From NCBI GenBank assembly GCA_048213135.1, contig PS015265.1, positions 23,461 through 58,531 of the forward strand: DNA of 35,071 nt, in the 5' to 3' direction. Every line of letters begins with the position of its first letter. Position 1 is the first letter of the stretch. The notes below the pieces were generated by a model. The model was not told the DNA's origin. It searched no databases and saw only the letters and a list, made by a program, of their open reading frames with translations. This DNA is from Reclinomonas americana ATCC 50394 (taxonomy: Eukaryota). This document shows positions 19,223 through 29,819 of this stretch, piece by piece. The translations under genes were made by a program, and so were the position numbers.

Positions 19223-22200
19223 TGTGTCATGACCTCCTTCCTTCTCCTTTCATCTCTCAATCACTCCTCTGGTCGTCTGTCTCTCACGCACAGCCTTCTT
19301 TCTTCCTTCCCTGCTCACTCGCTTTCACGCACCTTCTCCTTCCGTTTTTGCCAACTCACTCAATGCTCTCCCTCCCATACTCTCACTCTCACTCTCTCAT
19401 CCCTCGCTCTTCTCTCTCTCTCTCTCTCTCTCTCATGACCTCCTTTCTTCTCCCTTCATCTCTCACTCGCTCCTCTGGTCGGCTGTCTCTCGCGCACAGC
19501 CTTCTTTCCTCCTTCCCTGCTCACTCACTCTCACTCGCCCCTTCTCTTTCCGTTTTCGCCAACTCGCTCAATGCACTCCCTCTCTAGATCTCTCGCTCTC
19601 CTCTCTCTCCTTGTCTCTCTTCTCCTTCATCTCTCACTCACTCCTCTGGTCGGCTGTCTCTCGCGCAGCCTTCCCTGCTCACTCGCTCCCTCCCTTTTTC
19701 TCACTCACTGGTTGCACTCCTTCTGCTCTCACTCAATGCACTCCCTCTGACACGCTCACCCTCTCTTTCTCTCAGTCTCTGTCGCGCTGGTGCTCATTCA
19801 CCACGTACCTTGCATCTCTCGCTCGCCCCGTGTGACTGCGCTCACTCGCACAACCTCCTGCCCTCCTTCCCTCACTCGCTCATTCACCGCATCCAGTTTT
19901 CTCCCTTGAGATCTCACTCCATCACTCCCGTTATTCTGCTTTCGCTCGCACAACCCTCTTCCTTCCGTCCTTCCCCACTCACTCCCTCACACGCTCTCCT
20001 TCTTTCCCATTTCTCCTTCGCTTCACTCTTTCTCTTCCCTTTTCCTCCTCCCTCTCCCCTCACCCTGCCCCCTCACCCTCCCCCAGGTGCTGAAGGACTG
20101 GTTTGGCGTGGAGAACCAAGGTGTGTGCGCATCACCTGCCTCGCCACTCACTGCACGTCGCCCACTCACCTCCTTCCCCTTTTTGCCGCGCAGTCATTGT
20201 GGCGCAGAACACGCAGGACCCCGACGTGACCTATCACGCCATCTTCAACGTGGCCATTGATCCGTTCACTGTCGACTGGAAGGGTAAGGCATCCGGGCTA
20301 GTCGCGCCCTTACTCCTTGCTCACCCAGCTGACGACTGCGCTCCTCGCAGTGGAGCTGTTCTCGTACAAGGGCACGCAGGTGACGAGCGAGGTGCAGTCG
20401 GTGTTCTACGAAGGGTCATTGTCGGGAGCGTGTGGTTTGTGGCTTGTATGTGTCGAGGCGTCGGATCGTGCGGTTTGAAACGTGCTGCCGCAGATGTGCA
20501 GCTGATTGTGGACGAGCTGCATGGCAACGATCATTGCGATCTGGTGTCGAAGTTTGGCAAGGGTGTGGCGATTATCGCGGTGGCGGCAGGTGAAAAGGGG
20601 GGAAGGGAAAGGGGGAAGGGGGGAAGAGGGAGAAGGGGAGGGGGAGGTGGGAAAGGGAGGAAGAGAGAGAGGGAGAAAGAGAGAGAGATAGAAGGTAGGG
20701 GAGATAGATAGACTGATATCTATGGAGGTGAAGGAGGATAATTCGAGACCATTGCCTCTGCGCTATGGAGTTCAGAGAGCGAGAGATTTAGAGGGAGAAG
20801 GTAGAAAGGCAGCACGGTTCCACACGCCTCGCAAAAGCCCTGCGATCTGTAGGTGAGCGGAAAGAGACAGAAGAGAGAAGCGATTGACCGACGACACACC
20901 AGTGGCGGTGTTGGCCGAGAGAAGCGAGGATATGTGAAGGAGAACGTTTCGAGTTCATCGTCTCTGAGTCGTGGTGTCGGGAGAGCGAGAGGAACTCGAA
21001 GGCAAGGAAGGTAGAGCTTAATACGAAAGTAGATGAGTTCTCCAACCTTCGCATGCAGATGGAGAGATTGAGGAAAGTCTCAGGTTTCTCTGTCCCTCTT
21101 CGTACCTGAATCACAGAGTTGAGAATGAGAGAAATTGGCGAGCGAAACAAGAAGGGTGATAAGGGTAGTCGGAGCGATGACGATAGAGCGAGCAATATAC
21201 GAGAATAATAATGGTTACTGAAGTTCATTCAGTAAGAGAGAATGAGAGAGAGAGAGAGAGATGTAGGAGAAAGGATGAGGGAGCGATGTTGCTTTCCTGA
21301 ACAAACGGGGGCTTTTCACTTGCTTTGCTTACAATCAAAAGANNNNNNNNNNNNNNNNNNNNNNNNNNNNNNNNNNNNNNNNNNNNNNNNNNNNNNNNNN
21401 NNNNNNNNNNNNNNNNNNNNNNNNNNNNNNNNNNNNNNNNNNNNNNNNNNNNNNNNNNNNNNNNNNNNNNNNNNNNNNNNNNNNNNNNNNNNNNNNNNNN
21501 NNNNNNNNNNNNNNNNNNNNNNNNNNNNNNNNNNNNNNNNNNNNNNNNNNNNNNNNNNNNNNNNNNNNNNNNNNNNNNNNNNNNNNNNNNNNNNNNNNNN
21601 NNNNNNNNNNNNNNNNNNNNNNNNNNNNNNNNNNNNNNNNNNNNNNNNNNNNNNNNNNNNNNNNNNNNNNNNNNNNNNNNNNNNNNNNNNNNNNNNNNNN
21701 NNNNNNNNNNNNNNNNNNNNNNNNNNNNNNNNNNNNNNNNNNNNNNNNNNNNNNNNNNNNNNNNNNNNNNNNNNNNNNNNNNNNNNNNNNNNNNNNNNNN
21801 NNNNNNNNNNNNNNNNNNNNNNNNNNNNNNNNNNNNNNNNNNNNNNNNNNNNNNNNNNNNNNNNNNNNNNNNNNNNNNNNNNNNNNNNNNNNNNNNNNNN
21901 NNNNNNNNNNNNNNNNNNNNNNNNNNNNNNNNNNNNNNNNNNNNNNNNNNNNNNNNNNNNNNNNNNNNNNNNNNNNNNNNNNNNNNNNNNNNNNNNNNNN
22001 NNNNNNNNNNNNNNNNNNNNNNNNNNNNNNNNNNNNNNNNNNNNNNNNNNNNNNNNNNNNNNNNNNNNNNNNNNNNNNNNNNNNNNNNNNNNNNNNNNNN
22101 NNNNNNNNNNNNNNNNNNNNNNNNNNNNNNNNNNNNNNNNNNNNNNNNNNNNNNNNNNNNNNNNNNNNNNNNNNNNNNNNNNNNNNNNNNNNNNNNNNNN

Positions 22201-23125
22201 NTCCTGAGATGACCGCTGTTTTCATCTCTCCGTCCTCTCTCTCTCTCTGGTACTCACCCGCGTTGCGCCACAGCGGCCATGTGCGGCATTGCGGCGCTGA
22301 CTTCACTGCTCGGCTCGTGCTCGCAAGACTCCAAGTGCTGCGCATTTATGAATAGCGTTGCGTTTTGGTTTGCGAGTTGTCTATCGCAGTGTTTTGCCAA
22401 CCTGTCCTACTCGCGTAGATTATTGTGCTGGTGGCCTTCCTCACCACGGCAGTGGTTTCCGGTAAGTTTCCCTTCCATCTGTCAAACCGCGCTTATCTCC
22501 TCACTCCGTTCTCTTTCTTGCACAGCGCTGTGGGGTGCGCTGGCCATCAAGGGCAAGTCGGTGAGTCCATTATTTGGCTTCATGATACCTCGCCGCTGTC
22601 TCACCACGCTGCGCAGTACATCAACGACGGACTCGGTGCGTTCGTGCAGAAGGAGCTGATTCCGATGGGTGTGCCGACGACGATTGCGAATGGTTTGTGT
22701 CCACGTCTCCCTGGCGTTGCCTGTTCATCTCACCCATTCTTCGTGCACAGGCAACGGTCAGTTTGATGCGCATCTGTCGCTGTGGCTGGCGGTCGGCGCT
22801 GCTGGTGAGTGCGCTTCACTTCTTATCTGAGACTCGCTGCCTCATTCTCTTGCCACAGGCCCCATGCTGATCGCCGTGCTTGCCGGCTTTATGGCTTGCT
22901 GCTGGTTTGTCGCCCTGCCCCTCTCTCTCTTTACTCTTTCGCTCACATCTCCCACGCAGCGGCTCCGCCAGCGACGACGAGAAGCGCATGCTGCGCGAGC
23001 CCATCAACATTGTGTCGTACTCGACTGCCCCGCCGGCGTCGTACGGCTCGCAGCCGCAGTCGTTCAGCGCGCCACCGGTGTCGTATTCGACGGCGCCGCC
23101 CAACAATCGCTACACGAGGATGTGA
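18721..23125 (+). CDS. Four-transmembrane claudin/PMP22-clan (claudin/amastin/SUR7-like) membrane protein, about 293 aa
   Basis: 13 phase-consistent exons: 18721-18732, 18873-18935, 20087-20120, 20194-20283, 20351-20434, 20494-20589, 22274-22356, 22419-22461, 22526-22560, 22617-22692, 22751-22804, 22859-22904, 22960-23125. Short basic N-terminus (MRRR), TM1 followed by KDWF, a long loop with two Cys, TM2, TM3, and TM4 preceded by FDAHLSLWLA. Cys cluster after TM4, Pro/Tyr-rich tail ending YTRM. Family call rests on topology and motif placement only. An exon hidden in gap 21343-22201 cannot be excluded. Confidence 0.78.
19060..19750 (+). repeat. Degenerate ~200-bp tandem repeat (3-4 copies) in intron 2 of the four-TM gene
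   Basis: actc(a/g)ctcaatgc(t/a)ctccc recurs near 19087, 19353, 19560, 19730. ctcctctggtcg(t/g)ctgtctctc(a/g)cgc recurs near 19264, 19470, 19641. Confidence 0.75.
21343..22201. other. Assembly gap (one of seven)
   Basis: N runs at 171-718, 7363-7382, 11331-11466, 12211-13096, 21343-22201, 29177-29674, 32816-33110. Confidence 1.
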
Positions 23126-23527
23126 GCGAGATAGGGAGAAGGAGGGGGAGAATAGGGGAAAAGTGATGAGGCATGAAGGTGGTCTGCCGGAAAGGGAAAG
23201 GGGGTGGGAAGGGGGGTGGGACAGAGGAGAGGAACGAGGGTAGTGGGATAGTTCTCAAAGAACGAATGCAAAATGTAGGCAAGGGAGTGGAGAAGAGGTT
23301 GGAACCATGAGTAAATCTGGACGGTTGGGAGACCTTACGTTTCTGAAGGAAACGACGCTGACAGGGATGTTGCATCCCAACTGCAGACTTCTATGTCAGG
23401 CCTGGAGAAAGCAATATTCCAACTTTCTAAGAGGCATGCGCTGCGCTGTCCTTGCTCCCTCCAGAACGTCGCAAACTCGATGGCACAACAACGTCCTGCA
23501 ATCAAAGGACAACTCCATCTCCGTCTC

Positions 23528-26232
23528 ATGTCAACGCCATCCACCCCAGCCTCCACGCCTTCTCGCAGTCGCCTGCCTGTTCCACGCAGTCGACCGCAGA
23601 GTGCGCTTGTGCGATCCACTGATGACGCACCTCGCTTGTCAACAGCAACATCGACAACAACAACAACGACAACGACATTGATGATGTCAACAGAGTCGGC
23701 TGTGATGCGGGAGAGTGTGGATGAAAGAGTGAGTGAGTGGGAGAGAGAGAGCACAGGGAAGATGTGTATTGTGATCTTACTTGTGTCTTTCCCGCTCAGC
23801 ACGTCACTCGACTCCCGCGACCGCAGAGTGCGCGTGAGCATCGCTCAGGCCAAGCTGAGAAGGTGGAAGATGAGCTTCTCGATGATGCGAATGGAGTGGA
23901 AGGCGAGGAGAAGGAGGAGAAGAAGGCAACGCGACAAGTGGCGCCTGTCAGACCTCAGGAGTTTGACGCTGAGCTGCTTGGCGGCACAGTTGGAGTGGAT
24001 GGCGAGGAGAAGAGGACAGCAGCACCTCGGCAGCGACCTGCCCGACCTCAGAGTGCACGTGGCAAGACCGAGGAGCCTGACGACGATCATCTCGAAGCCG
24101 CGAACGGAGTGGATGGCGAGAAGAAGAGGACAGGAGTACCTCGACAGCGACCTGCCCGACCTCAGAGTGCACGAGGCAAGACCAAGGAGCTTGACGATGA
24201 GCTCATTGACGACGCGAACGGAGTCGAAGGCGTGAAGAAGACAGTGCCTCGACAGCGACCTGCCCGACCTCAGAGTGCACGAGGCAAGACTGAGAAGCCT
24301 GACGACGATCATCTCGATGCTGCGAACGGAGTGGAAGGCGTGAAGAAGACAGTGCCTCGACAGCGACCTGCCCGACCGCTGAGCGCACGACCTTCAGGCA
24401 AGACTGAGGAGCCTGACGACGATCATCTCGATGCCGCGAACGGAGTGGACCGCGAGGAGAGGATGAAGGCAACTGCACCTCGACAGCGACCGGCCCGACC
24501 GCTGAGCACACGAGATCGCCCTTCAGGCAAGACGGAGAACCCTGACGGTGAGCTCGTTGATGGCGCCAACGGAGTAGAAGGCGTGAAGAAATCAGCAGCA
24601 TCTCGACAACGACCGGCCCGACCGCGTAGTGGAAGTGATTGTCGCACTGGCAAGACCGAGGAGCCTGACGACGATGACGCGAACGGAGGGCAAGGCGACG
24701 AGGACAAGAAGAAAGCAGTGCCTCAGCATCGACCTGCTCGACCGCTGAGCGCACGTCCTTCAGGCAAGACTGAGGAGCCTGACGATGAGCTGCTTGATGG
24801 TGCGAACGAGGAGCTGCATCCACCAAGGCCTCGACAACGACAAGTGGCGCCTGCGCCTGCTCGCCCAGGTGCGTTCCTTTTTTTATTCTTGAGTTGTTGA
24901 AATGCTAATAACTGTTTGCAGTTGCCGCAGCGCGTCCTGGCAAGGTCGGCAAGCGAGGAAAGGCGGTGTCGTATTTTGTGTACAACAAGCTGGTGGGCGA
25001 GGCGGAGTGCTCGTTGCGTTGTTTGTGTTGGCTTGGCAGTGTGTGTCTTGCTGGCTCTGAGCGATGTCTGTGATACAGGGAGGAGGAATTTGCGCGCGTG
25101 TTGCAGTTGCATGCGCTCTGGCGTGTCATGGTGTCCGCTCCTCTTCTCACTTCTCTCGATGTGCAGGTTGTATCACGACTCGTGGGCCAATCGCGTGTAC
25201 ACACTGTGGCGCAGCAATCTCACAGGGCGCGAGTTGCGTGGTTGGCGAGAGGAGGCAAGAAGTGAGTTGAGATTACTCACTGTCCACAGATGCGTGCGAG
25301 TCAAGGGTCCCTGTCTCTGCTTTTGTGGCCACTCTGTTGCGTGCGAGACTGCCGTGTATCTCACTTGTGTGCCTGTGAACTGACGGCGTTCTTGTGATGC
25401 TGCAGTACAAGTCGCATGAGGTGCTTGGCAGCCGATCGCACTCGCTTTCCCCCTGTGAGACACGCGCACAGCTACCCCTCTTCTCCCTTCTCCCTTCTCC
25501 GTATCTACCTTCCCCCTTCTCCTCTCGTCTCTCCCTCCCTTCTCCTCGTAATTTTCTGCTTTGCCCGTCGGTCTTCTGCAACGTGACTCATCGGTTGTCG
25601 CGTCACGCAGTGGTGGGACGCCGAGGGCAAACAGCTGCGATGCCGTGTCGCCACGTGCAAATGTGCGCGCTTTGAGGTACGGCAGAGTATCTCAAGCGAC
25701 TGCCATCTACGTGCTCACCCGCCTTCCTTTTTCAGTACCTTCACCACCAGGGCTCGTGGTTCCTGCAGTGTCGCTGCAAGGTGTGTCATTATCCGTGTTG
25801 CTGCGGCACCACTTTCCCAATTTCACACCTCTTCAACAGCACCCGGGCATCGAGCATCGCAAGTCCGGTCGTCCGTCCCCGTGCCAGCACGCCGGTTGCG
25901 AGTGCCGCGAGTTCAGCACCGATTTCACGTGCATGTGTGGCGACCAGTGGAACGATCATAGTACGTTCGTGGACACGGAGGCGGAGAGGAGGGTGGAGGG
26001 CCGACCGGTGGATTCGGAGGTTGCGTTATTTGGGGATGAAACTTGGTGTGCGTGTATCGGCGGCTGACGAAGAGTGGGGTTGTTGTGGATGCAGCTGGTC
26101 AAGGGCGAACGTCGGCAGCAGATGCGTGATACGGTGAAGCAGCAGAAGGAGGCTGGGTGTGGCATGTGTGTTGGGTGCAAGTGTCTCATGCCGTGTCAGA
26201 GGAGGGGTGGGGGAGGAGGAGGAGGCAAGTGA
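23528..26232 (+). CDS. FAM221: FAM221-family Cys/His-rich protein with N-terminal tandem repeats, about 647 aa
   Basis: Exons 23528-23728, 23800-24868, 24922-25012, 25079-25105, 25167-25232, 25290-25335, 25406-25420, 25611-25676, 25736-25780, 25840-26019, 26095-26232, all phase-consistent. Spliced C-terminal half reads VYTLWRSNLTGRECVRVKGPCLCFCGHSYKSHE...CRVATCKCARFEYL...CRCKH...CECREFSTDFTCMCGDQWNDHSTFVDTEAERRVEGRPV, the Cys/His pattern I recognise as FAM221. Confidence 0.82.
23860..24868 (+). repeat. Coding tandem repeat, about 36-42 aa unit (PRQRPARPQSARGKTEEPDDDHLDAANGVEG), about 8 copies
   Basis: DNA unit gacagcgacctgcccgacctcagagtgcacgaggcaagac...gacgacgatcatctcga..gcgaacggagtgga repeated in frame within exon 2 of the FAM221 gene. 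Confidence 0.92.
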
Positions 26233-26331
26233 ACATTGCGACTGGAAGGCAGGAGCAGAGCCAACGCGGTTCACACGTGCGGCTGCATTGCAGTCTTCAA
26301 ATTATTCATACAGACCTCTCTCTTTTATTCA

Positions 26332-26639
26332 TTACGACGGCCCAGCTGGTCCTGCTCCTGCTATTGACACTGCTGTTGCCTCGCTCAGACGCCTCAATTC
26401 GTCCAGGACATACGATGCTGACACTCGAGTTGCTTGTGGTCTCTGCATCACACGCGCGTAATGAGCAGCCACCTCTCCCGGCGACACCATCTACTTCGCA
26501 ACCCAGCACTGGCGAATCAAATTGCGAATGTCTTTCGGCACGCTTGCTCGCACACTGTCATCGTCAAGATCGGCATCCACTCCGCCGATTGTGCATCTCA
26601 AGCTTGCCTCCTGACCAGGTATCGCATGTACGCCGCGAT
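26332..26639 (-). CDS. C-terminal remnant of a protein kinase domain (subdomains X-XI only), probably the tail of the ankyrin gene
   Basis: Exons 26639-26503 and 26442-26332, joined by a 60-nt GTTGCG...AG intron, give ...VPKDIRNLIRQCW/RPQATRVSASYVLDELRRLS. This is the P...LI..CW...R.SA..VL..L ending typical of TKL-type kinases. No upstream catalytic motifs are present. Confidence 0.6.
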
Positions 26640-27372
26640 CTGTGACACGCCGCCAATACAGAGAGCGGCATGAGATCCCACGTGGTGGTGGTGATAGTGA
26701 TGATGGTGGTGGAGGGGATTGTCGATAAGATGTTGTGTTGGAAGCTGTTGCTCCGCAGCGAAAAGACGGTCGAGCAACTCGGCCACTTGCTGATGGCCAT
26801 GATCGCGTGCCATCTGAGCCGCCGTCTTGCCCTTCTCATCGACCATGGGAATAAGACTGGGGCAACGAGTGGCGAGGAGCCGCACAATATCTCCGTGGCC
26901 TTTCTCAGCAGCCACATGCAGTGCAGTGCGCTGATCGTGCGCTGCCGCAGCTTGCCTCATCTCCAGTGAACAGCGTCGCTCATCGGCCAGCAACCACTCC
27001 ACCACGTGCACATGCCCTTCGCGGGCAGCCACCATCAGCGGCGTCCAGCCACCAAAGGCGACCATCTGTACGAGTTGCGACCCGACACCACTCTCCTCCC
27101 ACAAGTACTCCAACACCGCGAGGTGACCACAAGCAGCGGCGCAGTAATATGCCGAGCTGCCATACGAATCCATCTCCTCTCGCTTCAGCAGAGCGCGTGT
27201 GCCCTCACGCGACACCAACTCGCGCAGTGCCTTCACATCGCCATTCCACGCCATCTCCCATGCATTGTTCCTCTGCTGTTGTCTGTCGACGAGCACGAGT
27301 CGTCAAAGAGTGAGAGAGAGAGAGAAGAGGATGACAGGCGACAAACCTGTCACCGCCCTGCGCTGCGCCCAT
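26598..27372 (-). CDS. Ankyrin repeat protein (about 4-5 repeats), possible N-myristoylation; true 3' end uncertain
   Basis: Exon 1 27372-27347 (MGAAQGGDR), intron GTTTGT...AG of 64 nt, exon 2 from 27282. Ankyrin motifs GSSAYYCAAACGHLAVLEYL, GWTPLMVAAREGHVHVVEWLL, RTALHVAAEKGHGDIVRLL, GKTAAQMARDHGHQQVAELL. Unspliced stop at 26598, but it may splice onto the kinase remnant. Confidence 0.85.
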
Positions 27373-27741
27373 TACTCGACTTGCAAACGGCGGCCGCAGG
27401 ACAGCTCTCTCAATCACAACTTCTGTAACCACTGAGCGAACGAGTGAGCCATCGCGCAGCTCGCACAGAAGTAAGCACGTGTCGCGCACACCATCGCGCA
27501 CCATACACGCTCGATGTGCGGACAGTGCCGCGAAGGCGCAGCTCGATTGCGATCGTGTTAACGTTTGCGATCGATTTCTGCGCATGCAGCCGGCGTGCTT
27601 CCACCCAAGAAGATCAGTATGCGCAATGTCTCGGTTTCTCAAGGTGGTGTTGATGTGCAGACTGGTAAAGCTCTTGTTCTGGTGCAGCTGATGCATGCAT
27701 CCAGCGGTCCCACACGTCCTTTCATCGCTGCCTCGTGAGCC
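27373..27741. promoter_or_regulatory. Putative short bidirectional promoter between the ankyrin and GNAT genes
   Basis: About 370 bp between divergent ATGs (27372 minus, 27742 plus). Contains clustered CG palindromes (ttgcgatcg twice, atcgat) at 27541-27580. Inferred from layout only. Confidence 0.45.
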
Positions 27742-28530
27742 ATGAGCTTCTCCTTCCTCCCACTCAACGACGACGACGACCTCCTCCTCCGCGAGTCACC
27801 CACCTCCTCTCCTCCTCCTCACCTCTCCTTGCGTGTCGTCGACCGCGCCTATCGACTGCCACTGGGTGGAGTCGCGCGTGAGGCCGTGTTAGACGCGCAT
27901 GCCGTGCCGTTTTATGTGTTTGGCATGCACGTGGAGGGTGCGAAGGAGGAGGAGGAGGTCGGGCGCATCTCGCTGCGGGTGACCAGTGATGATGAGTTCA
28001 CGCTGCGAGTGCGCGGGCATATCGGGTATGCGGTGCAGGAGGAGCATCGCGGGAAGAGAGTTGAGTGGGGTATAGGGGGAAGGGGGGAGGGGGAGGGAGG
28101 AGTCATGGGACAGGGGGGCTGAAAGCGTAAGGGAGTGTTGCTCGGTGTCGGATGCATATGCCATTGCACAACTGCGCCCTCTGCTTCGACTCGATGCTCT
28201 ACTTCTTCCTCTTCTCCCTCTCACTCCCGTTGCTGGTTGCTCCTCCATTGCATTCATTGCTCCTTTTGCTTGCTTCCATCTCTTCCCCATTTACAGTACG
28301 CCTCCCGCGCCCTTCGCCTCGTCCTTCGCGTGGCACGCCGGCACGGCCTGTGCGAGGTGTTTGTTACCTGCAATCCCGACAATGTGGCCTCGCGACGGAC
28401 GTGCGAGCTGGCGGGTGGCGAGCTGGTCGACGAGTGCGTGGAGGTGCCGGAGTGGAGTGATTTGTACCAGCGTGGCGCTCGCGTCGTCTGTCGCTATCGG
28501 TGGGAGCTGTCGAGCGGGGATGGGGAGTGA
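27742..28530 (+). CDS. GNAT-family N-acetyltransferase, bacterial type (183 aa, one intron)
   Basis: Exons 27742-28059 and 28297-28530. Splicing restores the acetyl-CoA motif GHIGYAVQEEHRGKR/YASRAL, followed by VTCNPDNVASRRTCELAGG. Also has VPFYVF and VGRISLR, as in small bacterial RimJ/RimL-like (COG3981-type) GNATs. Confidence 0.88.
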
Positions 28531-29819
28531 GGGGGACGCTGGAGAAGGCTGCTGTGAAGTCTTCTATGCCACTGCCACTGACGGGCGCCTACGAGATGAC
28601 TGAAGTACCGCGATCTGATGCGTGCTGTCGAGCAACACACGCAGGAGCGCGTCGTCTTCTATTCACCAAACGGACTGGTGACAACTTGGCTGAGCTGGTG
28701 CGTGGCCGTTTGCCTCAGGAGCGTGGAAGCGGACTGCGGGGGCGTTGTGAGCCGTTTGACGCATATCGAAACATTGTCTCGGCCGCCCCCCTCCCTCCCC
28801 GCTTCGCACAGGAGCGTCGACGCAGTGACGACACGAATCGCTTGATGTCCAGACTGTGTGCCACGACCACTACATCTAGTCGGCGCATTGCGGTGCCGTT
28901 GCCAGGATCAACAGGCGGCAGTGACAACTCCCGTGAGCAACACCATCATCAGCGACAACCACTCAACTGACACCTTGGCTCCTTCCCGGACCTAACTTGC
29001 ACGTTGCCTGGCTCTGTTGGTTTTCCCTATGTGTTCTGGCACCAACAACTCTTGCTATCTCTCTCGTTTCCTTTGTGGAATTCGGCGTCAAATCCATGCT
29101 TGTCATGAGCCGTGGTTTCTCTTGCAGAAACGCCAGCATTAGCCATCTCCATTTTTTCTCGTTTTTCCGTGATGTCNNNNNNNNNNNNNNNNNNNNNNNN
29201 NNNNNNNNNNNNNNNNNNNNNNNNNNNNNNNNNNNNNNNNNNNNNNNNNNNNNNNNNNNNNNNNNNNNNNNNNNNNNNNNNNNNNNNNNNNNNNNNNNNN
29301 NNNNNNNNNNNNNNNNNNNNNNNNNNNNNNNNNNNNNNNNNNNNNNNNNNNNNNNNNNNNNNNNNNNNNNNNNNNNNNNNNNNNNNNNNNNNNNNNNNNN
29401 NNNNNNNNNNNNNNNNNNNNNNNNNNNNNNNNNNNNNNNNNNNNNNNNNNNNNNNNNNNNNNNNNNNNNNNNNNNNNNNNNNNNNNNNNNNNNNNNNNNN
29501 NNNNNNNNNNNNNNNNNNNNNNNNNNNNNNNNNNNNNNNNNNNNNNNNNNNNNNNNNNNNNNNNNNNNNNNNNNNNNNNNNNNNNNNNNNNNNNNNNNNN
29601 NNNNNNNNNNNNNNNNNNNNNNNNNNNNNNNNNNNNNNNNNNNNNNNNNNNNNNNNNNNNNNNNNNNNNNNNNNGAAGGAGGAGGAGAGTGAACAGGCAA
29701 CGATCCACGGCGCGAGCGAAATCAAGTGCGTCAAATCCACTGTTCGACCACGCTTATGCGTGAAGATCACAATTCTCGACTTGTTCGGAGCTCCGAGAGC
29801 GAACACACACACACAAGGA

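Noticed and set aside
23860-24868. Regularly spaced DNA repeats as a possible CRISPR array
   Set aside because: Units are in-frame coding repeats without unique spacers, the context is eukaryotic, and no cas genes are present.
28531-29176. ORFs downstream of the GNAT gene (28500-28970 +, 28618-28845 +, minus-strand ORFs entering the gap)
   Set aside because: No recognisable motif or consistent splice model. Left unannotated, though a gene fragment next to the gap cannot be excluded.
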